Program-made: the position numbers and the translations under genes
IMG/VR virus record: IMGVR_UViG_3300044825_002608
Location: 1 to 64,000 of that record
Origin: a virus
Length of the DNA stretch: 64,000 nt
Strand: one strand, 5' to 3'
Part shown: positions 40,361 to 49,927 of the stretch, in pieces
Numbering within the stretch: the stretch's first letter is position 1
Layout: each line of letters starts with the position of its first letter
Notes under the pieces: model-generated
Told to the model about the DNA's origin: nothing
Databases searched by the model: none
The model's input: only the letters and a program-made list of their open reading frames with translations

Positions 40361-40664
40361 TTATGTTAGGGGGTGGTTTATTGGAAACTTTGAACCTTCG
40401 GTATTAAAAACATCAGATTTTGAAGTCGGTGTTTTAACACATAAAAAGGGAGAATACTGGGCACCACATTATCATAAAGAAAGTATCGAATATAATGTCC
40501 TGATAACTGGTAAAATGGTTGTTCAGGGAAATGAGTTAAATAGTGGTGATGTATTCGTATTTTCCAAGGGAGAGATTGCTGATCCAATTTTTCTTGAAGA
40601 TTGTACATTAGTTGTTGTAAAAGTACCTTCTATTCCATCTGATAAATTTGAGGTTGAAAAATGA
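40338..40664 (+). CDS. cupin-fold protein
   Basis: GWFIGNFEP...HYHKESIEYNVLITG...GDVFV. Confidence 0.75.
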   Translation: MQITKITDYVRGWFIGNFEPSVLKTSDFEVGVLTHKKGEYWAPHYHKESIEYNVLITGKMVVQGNELNSGDVFVFSKGEIADPIFLEDCTLVVVKVPSIPSDKFEVEK

Positions 40665-41899
40665 AATTTTTTAGAGAATTAACTGAACAAGAAAAAAATC
40701 GCTGTGTAGTTGCAACATATTATATTGAATCTTATGAACAAATTGGTTCACTGAGAGATGCTGCTTGGAATCTCGCAATTGGACAAAGTGTAGGTAATCC
40801 AAAAGTTCGTAACCGCTGGGAAAGTGATGAACTTTTTGAACTGGCATCTTGCGTCATTTATGAAGATGAGCAGGAACTCTCCCAAAAATTTTCTGGAAAA
40901 GTTAAAATTGGTTTTCCTAAGGTTAATACTGATTGGGAAGGTGACGGTATTTCTCATCTTCTTTGTCAAGTAATGGGTGGGCAGTTAGACATTGATGTTT
41001 TTAAAGTTTGTCGTCTTCAGAAACTAGAATTTCCTGCAGATGTAGAATCATTTTTTCTTGGACCCAAGAATGGTATTGATGGTATCCGTCAGTTTGTTAA
41101 TCGCTATGACAAACCACTTTCGGGTGCAATTGTAAAACCAAAGACCGGTATTTCACCACAAACTCTTGCTGAAATGGTCAAGGAACTTCTTGATGGTGGT
41201 GTAGATTTTATTAAGGAAGATGAGATTCTTTCCAATCCTTCATTCTGCCGTCTAGAGGATCGTGTAGAGTTGATTTCCAATATTGTGAATAACTGTGGAA
41301 GAAATGTAATTTATACATTTTGCATTAATGGTGATCACCATACTATTCTTGATCGTGCTAAGTTTGTTGCAGATAATGGTGGTAATGGAATTCATATCAA
41401 CTTCTGGTCTGGTCTTGGAGTTTACAACTCCGTAAGAAAAATGAATCTTCCTTTGTTCATGCATTATCAAAAAAGTGGTGACAAGATTTTGACTGATAAG
41501 AGGCACGCATTTGGTATTGATTGGGATGTTCTATGCGATCTTGCTGGACTTTGTGGTGTGGATACTATTCATGCTGGAATGTGGGGTGGTTATCTGAGTG
41601 ATGACGAAGATGAACTACGTCAAACTATGGCAACACTTCACAAGAGAAATGTTCTCCCGGCACTGAGTTGTGGAATGCATCCAGGTATCGTGAATACTAC
41701 TGCAGAGAAATTTGGAACTGACTTCCTTGCAAATTGTGGTGGTGCAATTCATGGACATCCTGGTGGAACTCTATCTGGTGCGTTGGCGATGAGGCAGGCA
41801 ATTGATAAAACTCCTGGTCCAGAATTCCGTTCCGCTATCGATAAATGGGGTTATGAAACTGGTGGTGGATCTTTGCCTGAGTGGGTACTAGATTTTTGA
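40661..41899 (+). CDS. RuBisCO-like protein (Form IV)
   Basis: GPKNG..G.R, IVKPKTG, GGVDFIKEDE, DTIHAG, LSCGMHPG, GGAIHGHPGG. Confidence 0.9.
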   Translation: MKFFRELTEQEKNRCVVATYYIESYEQIGSLRDAAWNLAIGQSVGNPKVRNRWESDELFELASCVIYEDEQELSQKFSGKVKIGFPKVNTDWEGDGISHLLCQVMGGQLDIDVFKVCRLQKLEFPADVESFFLGPKNGIDGIRQFVNRYDKPLSGAIVKPKTGISPQTLAEMVKELLDGGVDFIKEDEILSNPSFCRLEDRVELISNIVNNCGRNVIYTFCINGDHHTILDRAKFVADNGGNGIHINFWSGLGVYNSVRKMNLPLFMHYQKSGDKILTDKRHAFGIDWDVLCDLAGLCGVDTIHAGMWGGYLSDDEDELRQTMATLHKRNVLPALSCGMHPGIVNTTAEKFGTDFLANCGGAIHGHPGGTLSGALAMRQAIDKTPGPEFRSAIDKWGYETGGGSLPEWVLDF

Positions 41900-41900
41900 T

Positions 41901-42395
41901 ATGAAAATTATTTCTCATCGAGGCAATTTAACTGGCATTAATCCAATTAGAGAAAATAGTATCGATTATATTGAAGAGGCTATTGCTGAAGGATTTGATG
42001 TTGAAATTGATTTGAGAGTTGAGGATCATCAGTGTTATCTTGGTCACGACGATCCTCAATATTATGTGACCATGGAATGGCTGAGAAAATATAAAGATGT
42101 TCTTTGGATTCATTGTAAGAATCGTGAGGCACTTGAAAAAATATCTAGTTCTGTGGTAGAATTTAACTACTTTTGGCATGAGAGTGATCGATACACTTTA
42201 ACCAGCAAGGGAATTGGGTGGGTTTTAGTCGGACAACTACCATATTCAAAATCTGTGATTGTCTTGCCTGAAAATAGTGAATTGTTCTCTCAAAATCCAG
42301 AATACATACAAGAAGGATACGGTATTTGTACTGATAATCCAATTTTTTATAAAAAAATAGTAAAAGAGATTAAACCTTATGAAGTGGCAAACTGA
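41901..42395 (+). CDS. GDPD/PLC-like phosphodiesterase
   Basis: ISHRGN...EN...VEIDL...LGHD...WIHCKN...ICTD. Confidence 0.75.
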   Translation: MKIISHRGNLTGINPIRENSIDYIEEAIAEGFDVEIDLRVEDHQCYLGHDDPQYYVTMEWLRKYKDVLWIHCKNREALEKISSSVVEFNYFWHESDRYTLTSKGIGWVLVGQLPYSKSVIVLPENSELFSQNPEYIQEGYGICTDNPIFYKKIVKEIKPYEVAN

Positions 42396-43020
42396 TCTTA
42401 TCAAAGATATTAGAAGCAATACCCCATATGATGATACCGAAGCAGGTATCAATCATTTTCTACATATCTGGCCTGGTATTGAAGAAGATCCTGGTGTTCT
42501 AAATCCTTTTGATGGTGTTGAGTGTAGTGAGTGTAACAAAGCAGCTTTGTTGGAGCAATTTTTAAAAGTTCGTGATAATTGTGAAGCAATTCTTGAAATT
42601 GGAATTGGTAGAAATGGTGAAAATTCTTTTGCTCACGTTTTCTTTAAAAATAAAAAAGAAGAAACTAAGTATGTAGGAATTGACATTGAAGACCGTAGTT
42701 GGCTGATTGATTGTGGTGAAAACATCTACACAATTCAAGGTAGTAGTTCAAACTATGAGGAAAATGTAGAAATCTTCAAAACTATGGGGATTGAAAAGTT
42801 TGATTTTATTTTTATTGATGGCGACCATAGTGTAAATCAAGTTCTTAGAGATTGGGAATATTCAAATCTTCTTAATGAAGGTGGTATTGTTGGATTCCAT
42901 GATACTAGTCATCATACTGGACCTTATCTATTCGTTAGAAATTTAAATAAGGATGTTTGGGATGTAATTGAAAATGCTTGCCCACAAGACTATGGAATTG
43001 GATTTGCTAGAAAAAAATAA
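42379..43020 (+). CDS. class I SAM methyltransferase (Methyltransf_24-like)
   Basis: ILEIGIG, FDFIFIDGDHS, GGIVGFHD. Confidence 0.85.
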   Translation: MKWQTDLIKDIRSNTPYDDTEAGINHFLHIWPGIEEDPGVLNPFDGVECSECNKAALLEQFLKVRDNCEAILEIGIGRNGENSFAHVFFKNKKEETKYVGIDIEDRSWLIDCGENIYTIQGSSSNYEENVEIFKTMGIEKFDFIFIDGDHSVNQVLRDWEYSNLLNEGGIVGFHDTSHHTGPYLFVRNLNKDVWDVIENACPQDYGIGFARKK

Positions 43021-43023
43021 ATC

Positions 43024-44031
43024 ATGAATCACATTGAAAAACTAAAGTCAAAGTATAAAGTTATTGTTTGGGGATTTAAACCTAATTCCCAAGGAATTTA
43101 TAAAAATACTGTAGGATATGTTTGGAATGGATTTTATAGAGGTTTCAAATCATTAGGGTTTGAAACCTATTGGTTTTCTGATGATGATTATGATGAAACA
43201 ATAGATTATTCTAATTGTATCTTCATCGCTGAAGCCTGGGATAGTAATAAGATACCCATTAATGATACTTCTATTTACTATGTGCATTGTGCATACGATC
43301 CTGCCAAATATATTGGAAAGGTGAAGAAGTTCGTTGACATGCGTTATAATCAAAAATATATGCGTAATCCAAATTATATTTTTGATCGAAATAAAGATGA
43401 AGACGTTAAATTGGGACCATGTTGCTATTATCAACAGTCTACAAATAAAACCATTCATCTTAAGAATGGATATGTTGACTATGATATTGAAGACTTTGAT
43501 AAAATTTACACAAACTGGGCAACCGATTTACTTCCCGAAGAAATGAATGAAAATGACATTTATTTGGAAAGGGAAAATCTAATTGTATTTCTTGGGACAG
43601 TCTATTCTGATCAATACACAAATATTCCAGAATTACAGGAATTTGCACAGGTTTGTGAAAAAAATAATGTCAATTTCTTAGTTAATCCTTACTCTTATGG
43701 ATCTGACCAAATTTCTGTCAGTGATTACATATCAAATTACAAAAGATCATTATTTGGATTGGATTTAAGGGGTAAGGATAATAGAGAAACTGGATATATC
43801 CCATGTAGGGTATTCAAAAATGCAAGTTATGGTCTTTTAAGTACAACGAATTCTGAAGAAGTTTATAAAGAAATGGAAGGTTATTGTGTTTATAATCCTT
43901 CCGTGACTCAATTATTTTATGATGCTATGCAAAAAAGAACAGATTTTGAATTCATTAAAGACTCTTTTTATTATGTAAAAGAAAATCATACTTATATCAA
44001 TAGATGTTCTGACCTACTGAAAATTTTATGA
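43024..44031 (+). CDS. putative glycosyltransferase (GT-B-like)
   Basis: YIPCRVFKNASYG...VKENHTYINR C-terminal pattern; glycan-island context. Confidence 0.6.
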   Translation: MNHIEKLKSKYKVIVWGFKPNSQGIYKNTVGYVWNGFYRGFKSLGFETYWFSDDDYDETIDYSNCIFIAEAWDSNKIPINDTSIYYVHCAYDPAKYIGKVKKFVDMRYNQKYMRNPNYIFDRNKDEDVKLGPCCYYQQSTNKTIHLKNGYVDYDIEDFDKIYTNWATDLLPEEMNENDIYLERENLIVFLGTVYSDQYTNIPELQEFAQVCEKNNVNFLVNPYSYGSDQISVSDYISNYKRSLFGLDLRGKDNRETGYIPCRVFKNASYGLLSTTNSEEVYKEMEGYCVYNPSVTQLFYDAMQKRTDFEFIKDSFYYVKENHTYINRCSDLLKIL

Positions 44032-44750
44032 AAGTAGCATTTTGTTTTTGTGGACAACCTAGAAATGTTGTTAAAACTCTTGATAACATTAAGGAATCGT
44101 GGGGAACTAATCAAGAATTAGATTTTTTCTTCCATACATGGAAACCTGACGGCACAACTCCTTATCGGATTGATACGCCGTCTGATTTTTATTTTAAGGG
44201 TATTGAGCAATACTTACTGAAAAAATTAAATCCAGTTATGTATGAAATTCAGGAGCAAATAATCTTCGAAAATCAATATGAAGATTCTCCTCACTGGCCT
44301 ACCCGTAGTGTTTTTATTCCAAATCCATCTCAAAATATTCAATCATTTTTTTACTCTTTAAAAAAATCTAATGATTTAAAGAGGCAATATGAAATCGAAA
44401 ACAATTTTCGTTACGATTGTGTAATTAGATGTAGATTTGATTATATCTTTACAAAGAAATACAATGTTAAAGATTTTGACTTAAATTATTTAAATGTAAA
44501 AAATGATTGTAAGCATACTGAATATGCAATTAATGATCATATTGCAGTATCAAATAGTGAAAATATAGATGCTTATTGTTCTGTATTTGATAATCTTGAA
44601 AAATATTATAATCAGGGTATTGAGTTCAATGCTGAAGTAATGCTAGGATATAATGCTATGATGCATGGATTAAAATATCACAAAACTCTTGGTGATGGTA
44701 AAGAGTCTTATGTATCAACTCAATTTGAAAGAGCGAAGGTTTTCTCATGA
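44028..44750 (+). CDS. putative glycosyltransferase (SGxPR family, paralog 3)
   Basis: AFCFCGQPR...YDCVIRCRFD...NDHIA. Confidence 0.55.
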   Translation: MKVAFCFCGQPRNVVKTLDNIKESWGTNQELDFFFHTWKPDGTTPYRIDTPSDFYFKGIEQYLLKKLNPVMYEIQEQIIFENQYEDSPHWPTRSVFIPNPSQNIQSFFYSLKKSNDLKRQYEIENNFRYDCVIRCRFDYIFTKKYNVKDFDLNYLNVKNDCKHTEYAINDHIAVSNSENIDAYCSVFDNLEKYYNQGIEFNAEVMLGYNAMMHGLKYHKTLGDGKESYVSTQFERAKVFS

Positions 44751-45706
44751 ATATTGCTTTTATTGGTCCTGGTGTAATGCCAATCCCACCAGATGGTTGG
44801 GGTGCAGTGGAAATGATGATTTGGGATTATGCTACAATTATGGGTGATCTTGGTCACACTGGTGCAATCATTAATACTCCAGATAGGAATGAAATTATTA
44901 ATGAATTGATGCAGGATAAATTTGATGTGGTTCACTTACATTATGATGTGTTCCATGACATAATCCCAATTATACTTGAAACTATAGATACAAAACTAAT
45001 CGTTTCTAGTCATTATCCATATATTAACAATCCTAGTATGTGGAATCGTGATAATTATCATCCAATAATGAATTCTTATGCGAGAAACGATAATTTTTAT
45101 ATCTTTGCATCTAGTCAAAATGACATCAATACATTTATAAACCATGGTGCAAAAGAAGAAAATTGTTGGATGAGTAGACTAGGAGTTCTTTCTAGTTCTT
45201 ACAAGTTTGATCAGAATCATACATATGAAAAAACTCTGTGCTTCTCTCAAATTTGTGACCGTAAGCGACAGTATTTAATTCAAGATTTTGATGATGTTGA
45301 TTTTGTTGGTCGTATAGAATATGGTAAATTTAATAATCGAAAAAATTATAAAGGAGAATATACTAGAGATACTTTAAATTCTGAAATTACAAAGTATGGT
45401 AATTTTACACTATTAAGTTCTATTGAAAATACAACTCCTCTTGCAGTAAAAGAAGCTCTAGTTTGTGGGTTGGGTGTAGTTGTTTCTGAAGCAGTTTCTT
45501 TAGAATTAGATTGCACTCAAAAATTTATTGATGTAATTCCTGAAAATAAGATCAATGATTTATCTTTTCTACATGATGTGATTAAATCTAATCGAGAGTA
45601 TTCTATTTCTCATAGAGAGGAAATAAAACAATATGGTGATAATGTTTTTGGATTGCAGAGTATCATTGAAAATGAATATATTCCAAAATTAGAATCTCTA
45701 CTATGA
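44747..45706 (+). CDS. glycosyltransferase (GT4-like)
   Basis: PIPPDGWGAVE...ENTTPLAVKEALVCGLGVVVS. Confidence 0.8.
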   Translation: MNIAFIGPGVMPIPPDGWGAVEMMIWDYATIMGDLGHTGAIINTPDRNEIINELMQDKFDVVHLHYDVFHDIIPIILETIDTKLIVSSHYPYINNPSMWNRDNYHPIMNSYARNDNFYIFASSQNDINTFINHGAKEENCWMSRLGVLSSSYKFDQNHTYEKTLCFSQICDRKRQYLIQDFDDVDFVGRIEYGKFNNRKNYKGEYTRDTLNSEITKYGNFTLLSSIENTTPLAVKEALVCGLGVVVSEAVSLELDCTQKFIDVIPENKINDLSFLHDVIKSNREYSISHREEIKQYGDNVFGLQSIIENEYIPKLESLL

Positions 45707-46647
45707 AAATAAGTATTATTGGTCCAAATACTCCCATCCCTCCTATTGGATGGGGTGCTGTTGAGAGTTTGATATGGGATGTCAAACTAACATTAGATGA
45801 ATTGGGACACAATGTTCAGATCATCAACGTTGGAGATCCTTATAAGATCATTCAAATGATTAACGAGTATCGTCCAGATTTTGTTCACATCAATTATGAT
45901 GATTGGATTAGTATCTATCCATATGTTCAATATCCATGTGCGGTAACAACACACTTTGCATATATTGAACGACCAGAAATGATGGGCGATTATCGCCAAA
46001 GAATTTTCGATCAGTTTAAAAAAATTAAACCAAATGTATTTGGATTGTCTGAAGGGATTAATCACATCTACGAAAATCTTTCAAATATTCCTAAAAGCAA
46101 ACTTTATTTGAACCACAATGGTGTTGCCTTAAAAAATTTTAGAGTAACTTCAAATCCAAAGTATTCTGATAGATCAATCTATCTTGCAAAAATCGATTAC
46201 AGAAAACGGCAACATATGTTTCAAAAAATTGATTCTCTTTGGTATGCTGGGAATATTGCAGATTATAGATTTGACTCTAATAAAAATTATCTTGGTGAGT
46301 GGCAAAAAAATTATCTTTATGAAAACTTGACTGAGTATGGTAACTTAGTTCTATTGAGTGATGGTGAGGCACATCCTCTAGTTTGTATGGAAGCATTTGC
46401 TGCTGGACTGGGGGTAGTTATTAGTCAGTGGGCAGCGGCAAATTTAGATCTTAAAAAAGAGTTTATTACGGTTATACCTGAAGATAAAATAAATGATATT
46501 GAGTTCGTCGATGAATGTATTAAACGTAATAGGGAATATTCTATTCAAAATAGGAGTGAGATATTAGAATATGCAAAACAGTTTGATTGGAAAAATGTAA
46601 TCAGCAATTATTACATACCAAATATTAAAAAGGTTATTGAATTATGA
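45703..46647 (+). CDS. glycosyltransferase (GT4-like), paralog of the preceding gene
   Basis: PIPPIGWGAVE...EAHPLVCMEAFAAGLGVVIS. Confidence 0.8.
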   Translation: MKISIIGPNTPIPPIGWGAVESLIWDVKLTLDELGHNVQIINVGDPYKIIQMINEYRPDFVHINYDDWISIYPYVQYPCAVTTHFAYIERPEMMGDYRQRIFDQFKKIKPNVFGLSEGINHIYENLSNIPKSKLYLNHNGVALKNFRVTSNPKYSDRSIYLAKIDYRKRQHMFQKIDSLWYAGNIADYRFDSNKNYLGEWQKNYLYENLTEYGNLVLLSDGEAHPLVCMEAFAAGLGVVISQWAAANLDLKKEFITVIPEDKINDIEFVDECIKRNREYSIQNRSEILEYAKQFDWKNVISNYYIPNIKKVIEL

Positions 46648-47435
46648 TAGGATTTAATTCTTTAGGAAAACTTGGAAGATTTGGAAATCAAATGTTTCAA
46701 TATGCTGCTCTCAAAGGAATCGCTAGTAATCGAGGATATGAAATTTGCATACCAATATCTGAGAGTAAAAATGAATGGACTGATCATCAACTTAACTGTG
46801 CATTTAAGATGTCAACTTTAAATCAGTTGAACTATCAATACATTGACTATGATCGTCCTACTGTAGTTGAAAGTGGATTTTCTTTTGATGAAAAATTATT
46901 TAATGAGTGTCCTGATTGGGTAACTATTCAAGGGTTTTTTCAAACAGAAAAATACTTTAAACATATTCGCAATCAACTCTTAATTGATTTTCAATTTCAT
47001 GATGATATTTTAGAACCTGCAAAAGAAGTTATTCTAAATTGGAAAAATCCAGTTGCTCTTCATATACGCAGAACGGATTACATTACAAATCCAAATCACA
47101 GTGTATTACCTATTGAGTATTACGAAAAATCTTTGAAAGAATTTGATGAAAATTGTGAAATAATTATATTCTCTGATGATCCTCAGTGGTGTGCAGAGCA
47201 AAAACTTTTTGAATCTGATAGATTTATGATTTCTGAAACAGATAATAACTACTTAGACATGTGCCTTATGTCTCTTTGCTCTGGGCATATTATTGCCAAT
47301 AGTTCTTTTAGTTGGTGGGGTGCGTGGTTGTCGAATAGTAAAAAAGTTATTGCCCCATCAAATTGGTTTGGTGAGTCTCATAATAAACACCTAGATACTA
47401 AAGATCTTATACCGGAAAATTGGATGGTGATTTGA
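46644..47435 (+). CDS. alpha-1,2-fucosyltransferase (GT11)
   Basis: GRFGNQMFQYA, GFFQTEKYF, HIRRTDY, IANSSFSWWGAWL. Confidence 0.92.
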   Translation: MIGFNSLGKLGRFGNQMFQYAALKGIASNRGYEICIPISESKNEWTDHQLNCAFKMSTLNQLNYQYIDYDRPTVVESGFSFDEKLFNECPDWVTIQGFFQTEKYFKHIRNQLLIDFQFHDDILEPAKEVILNWKNPVALHIRRTDYITNPNHSVLPIEYYEKSLKEFDENCEIIIFSDDPQWCAEQKLFESDRFMISETDNNYLDMCLMSLCSGHIIANSSFSWWGAWLSNSKKVIAPSNWFGESHNKHLDTKDLIPENWMVI

Positions 47436-48151
47436 TGAAAGTTGCAATTGTATTCATTGGTACTTCAAAGTATTTAAATTTTCTTCCAAAATACTATGAC
47501 AATATCCATGAAAATTTTCTTCCCAATTCAGAAAAAACATTTTTAGTTTTTACCGATGGTGAGGGAGATTTTCCTGAAGATATTAAAGTCTACCCTCAGG
47601 AACATCTTGAGTGGCCTTATATTACATTAACTCGTTTTGAGATTATTAATAGGGCAAGGGAAGAAATTCTTAAAAATGATTGGTTAGTATTTTTGGATGC
47701 CGATACTCTTGTTGTAGATAAAGTATCTGAAGAAGAATTTTTTACAGACAAGCATTTATTTGGAGTTTGGCATCCTTGCCATTACTTACAAATGCCTCCG
47801 CATAATAAATTGCCTGGAGCATTTGAAACTAATTCAAAATCTTTATCTTATGTTGACGTTGAAAAGGAAATGCCATCCATTTACTATCAGGGATGTTTAT
47901 GGGGAGGAAAAGTTCCTTATGTGCTAGAAATGATTGATGAACTTCAAGATAGGGTAAATAAAGATCTTGATAATGATGTTGTTGCTATTTGGCATGATGA
48001 AAGTCATTTGAACAAATATTTTATAGAACATAACAACGATGTTCATACTTTAAATTCTGAATATGCTTATCCTGAAGTATTTTCTGAATATTGTAACTTT
48101 GAACCAAAAATTATTCACCTTGCAAAAGATAATTCTAAGTATCAAACTTAA
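47435..48151 (+). CDS. family 6 glycosyltransferase (alpha-1,3-Gal/GalNAc transferase-like)
   Basis: FIGTSKY, VFTD, WPYITLTRF, DAD, YYQGCLWGG, WHDESHLNKYF. Confidence 0.9.
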   Translation: MKVAIVFIGTSKYLNFLPKYYDNIHENFLPNSEKTFLVFTDGEGDFPEDIKVYPQEHLEWPYITLTRFEIINRAREEILKNDWLVFLDADTLVVDKVSEEEFFTDKHLFGVWHPCHYLQMPPHNKLPGAFETNSKSLSYVDVEKEMPSIYYQGCLWGGKVPYVLEMIDELQDRVNKDLDNDVVAIWHDESHLNKYFIEHNNDVHTLNSEYAYPEVFSEYCNFEPKIIHLAKDNSKYQT

Positions 48152-48154
48152 AAA

Positions 48155-48949
48155 ATGGACAAAAATAAATCTGCATATAAACTAAAAAACATTGCTCCAA
48201 TTTATTATCTTAATCTTGATGGGCAACCTGAGAGAATGGAGTACATGGAGGAGCAATTTAAATATTGGGAAATAGAAAATTACACTCGCATTTCTGCTTA
48301 TGATGGACGTGAAGATGATCTAAGCGATATTGTCAAGGGACGTTATCCAGAAAATATGACTTCTGGAGAAATTGGATGTACAACTTCTCATCTAAAAGCA
48401 ATTAAACACTGGTATGAAACTAGTGACTCTCCCTATGCAATTTTCATGGAAGATGATGTGGACTTGCAACTTGTTAAATTTTGGAATTTTACATGGAAGG
48501 ATTTTGCATCTAAATTGCCTTATGATTGGGATGTTATTCAACTTGCAATTATCTGCACAGGAAACCTACACGTAAAACTTCACAAAAGGTTTGTAAATGA
48601 TTTTTCTACCGCTGCATACATGATTACGCGACATCATGCAGAAAAACTCATAAAATTTCATATTCGTGATGATAAGTACAAATTAGATCAAGGTGTAAAA
48701 CCTAGAGCAGTTGCAGATGATCTAATTTATAACTCTGGTAATACGTATTCAATACCTCTATTTCTGTATCGTATTGAACTTGGGTCATCAATTCATCCAG
48801 AACATATTGATGTTTTTCATCGAGGTAGTCATGATGGACTGCTTCAATTTTGGGAAAAGCAGGGGTATGAAATGAATATTGATGATCTGATGGACTATGA
48901 TCCATATTTGGGAAGAATCACGGAGTCTTCCCAACCGCACGGTCAGTGA
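48155..48949 (+). CDS. family 25 glycosyltransferase
   Basis: YYLNLD..PER, RISAYDG, GEIGCTTSH, FMEDDV. Confidence 0.88.
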   Translation: MDKNKSAYKLKNIAPIYYLNLDGQPERMEYMEEQFKYWEIENYTRISAYDGREDDLSDIVKGRYPENMTSGEIGCTTSHLKAIKHWYETSDSPYAIFMEDDVDLQLVKFWNFTWKDFASKLPYDWDVIQLAIICTGNLHVKLHKRFVNDFSTAAYMITRHHAEKLIKFHIRDDKYKLDQGVKPRAVADDLIYNSGNTYSIPLFLYRIELGSSIHPEHIDVFHRGSHDGLLQFWEKQGYEMNIDDLMDYDPYLGRITESSQPHGQ

Positions 48950-49018
48950 ATCCTTACAAAATCGCTTGACAGCAACTCCTCTCTCATATATAATGTTGTT
49001 ACAATTCGTAATAAAAAA

Positions 49019-49213
49019 ATGACCGTTACAACTAATGAACGTGGGCAGCAAAATATTTTTGCTAAAGAACCCACGATGTATTATGAAAATTATGGAATGT
49101 ATTCCCCTAACGAAATTAAGGAGCGGACTAATGGACGCTGGGCAATGCTCGGCATTATTGCTGGGTTTATTTCTTATTCTATCACTGGCAACTTCTTCTT
49201 CGGTATCTTCTGA
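49019..49213 (+). CDS. hli: high-light-inducible protein
   Basis: ERTNGRWAMLG...ITGNFFFGIF; promoter-like TTGACA...TATAAT at 48966-48994. Confidence 0.88.
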   Translation: MTVTTNERGQQNIFAKEPTMYYENYGMYSPNEIKERTNGRWAMLGIIAGFISYSITGNFFFGIF

Positions 49214-49298
49214 TGACTGAAGTAATCTTTACTTTCACCTCAGTTGCATTTTTTGTGCTTTTGGGGTATGCTGTTAATCAACTCTCTGAGACATATTG

Positions 49299-49556
49299 AT
49301 GACTGCTGAAATGCTTGAGAAACTTACTATTGCCCTCCAAGAACTTGGTTGGGATGTTGATGATGAACTTTCTGTAGACATTGGTGGTGTGGCTGTCACA
49401 GGAACTGCCACTAACCCTGAAGCAAATCCAAAATGGGCAAAACCATTTGGAACTGTCTCTTATCAAAATGATGCTTTCATTGTAATTAAAAATAAGAACA
49501 GGAACCCAGTTGTTCCTTCAGTTCCAAATCCTGATCTCAAACAAAAACATTCTTAA
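49299..49556 (+). CDS. hypothetical protein
   Basis: 85-aa ORF, NPKWAKPFGT. Confidence 0.6.
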   Translation: MTAEMLEKLTIALQELGWDVDDELSVDIGGVAVTGTATNPEANPKWAKPFGTVSYQNDAFIVIKNKNRNPVVPSVPNPDLKQKHS

Positions 49557-49570
49557 TAAGGAGTAAACTA

Positions 49571-49690
49571 ATGGAAAAAATCTTTACTGAAAAAGCAGAA
49601 CGCTGGAATGGTCGTCTTGCAATGCTAGGATTCGTCGCCGCTGTTGGTGCATATCTTATTACTGGTCAAGTAATTCCTGGAGTATGGTGA
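49571..49690 (+). CDS. hli: high-light-inducible protein
   Basis: 39 aa MEKIFTEKAERWNGRLAMLGFVAAVGAYLITGQVIPGVW read by eye; AGGAG RBS; terminator at 49705-49740. Confidence 0.92.
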   Translation: MEKIFTEKAERWNGRLAMLGFVAAVGAYLITGQVIPGVW

Positions 49691-49740
49691 ATCCATAATA
49701 ATTGAAGACCCTCTCTATATAAAGGAGAGGGTCTTTTTTT

Positions 49741-49902
49741 ATGCCTAGAAATATTTTGACTAAAGATGAAATTCGAGTCCATGTTGAAAAATTGAAAAAA
49801 GAGTTGTATAATAGTGAGGTCTCTTGGACTTCGGATCCCAAATCTCTTGCTCACCAGTATCTCAATCGAGTCTTAGATAAGATCGCTGAGTACAGGGGTT
49901 GA
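49741..49902 (+). CDS. small hypothetical protein
   Basis: 53-aa ORF MPRNILTKDEIRVHVEKLK...AHQYLNRVLDKI. Confidence 0.55.
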   Translation: MPRNILTKDEIRVHVEKLKKELYNSEVSWTSDPKSLAHQYLNRVLDKIAEYRG

Positions 49903-49927
49903 CGGGAAACGAACCAAGTGCTATACT
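49899..49927 (+). promoter_or_regulatory. psbA promoter
   Basis: TTGACG-17bp-TATACT with overlapping late-type CTAAATA. Confidence 0.7.

Noticed and set aside
40661-41899. A true CO2-fixing RuBisCO (rbcL) as a phage auxiliary gene
   Set aside because: By eye alignment the K334, E60, N123 and R295 equivalents are missing, and no rbcS or prk is nearby; this fits a Form IV RLP.
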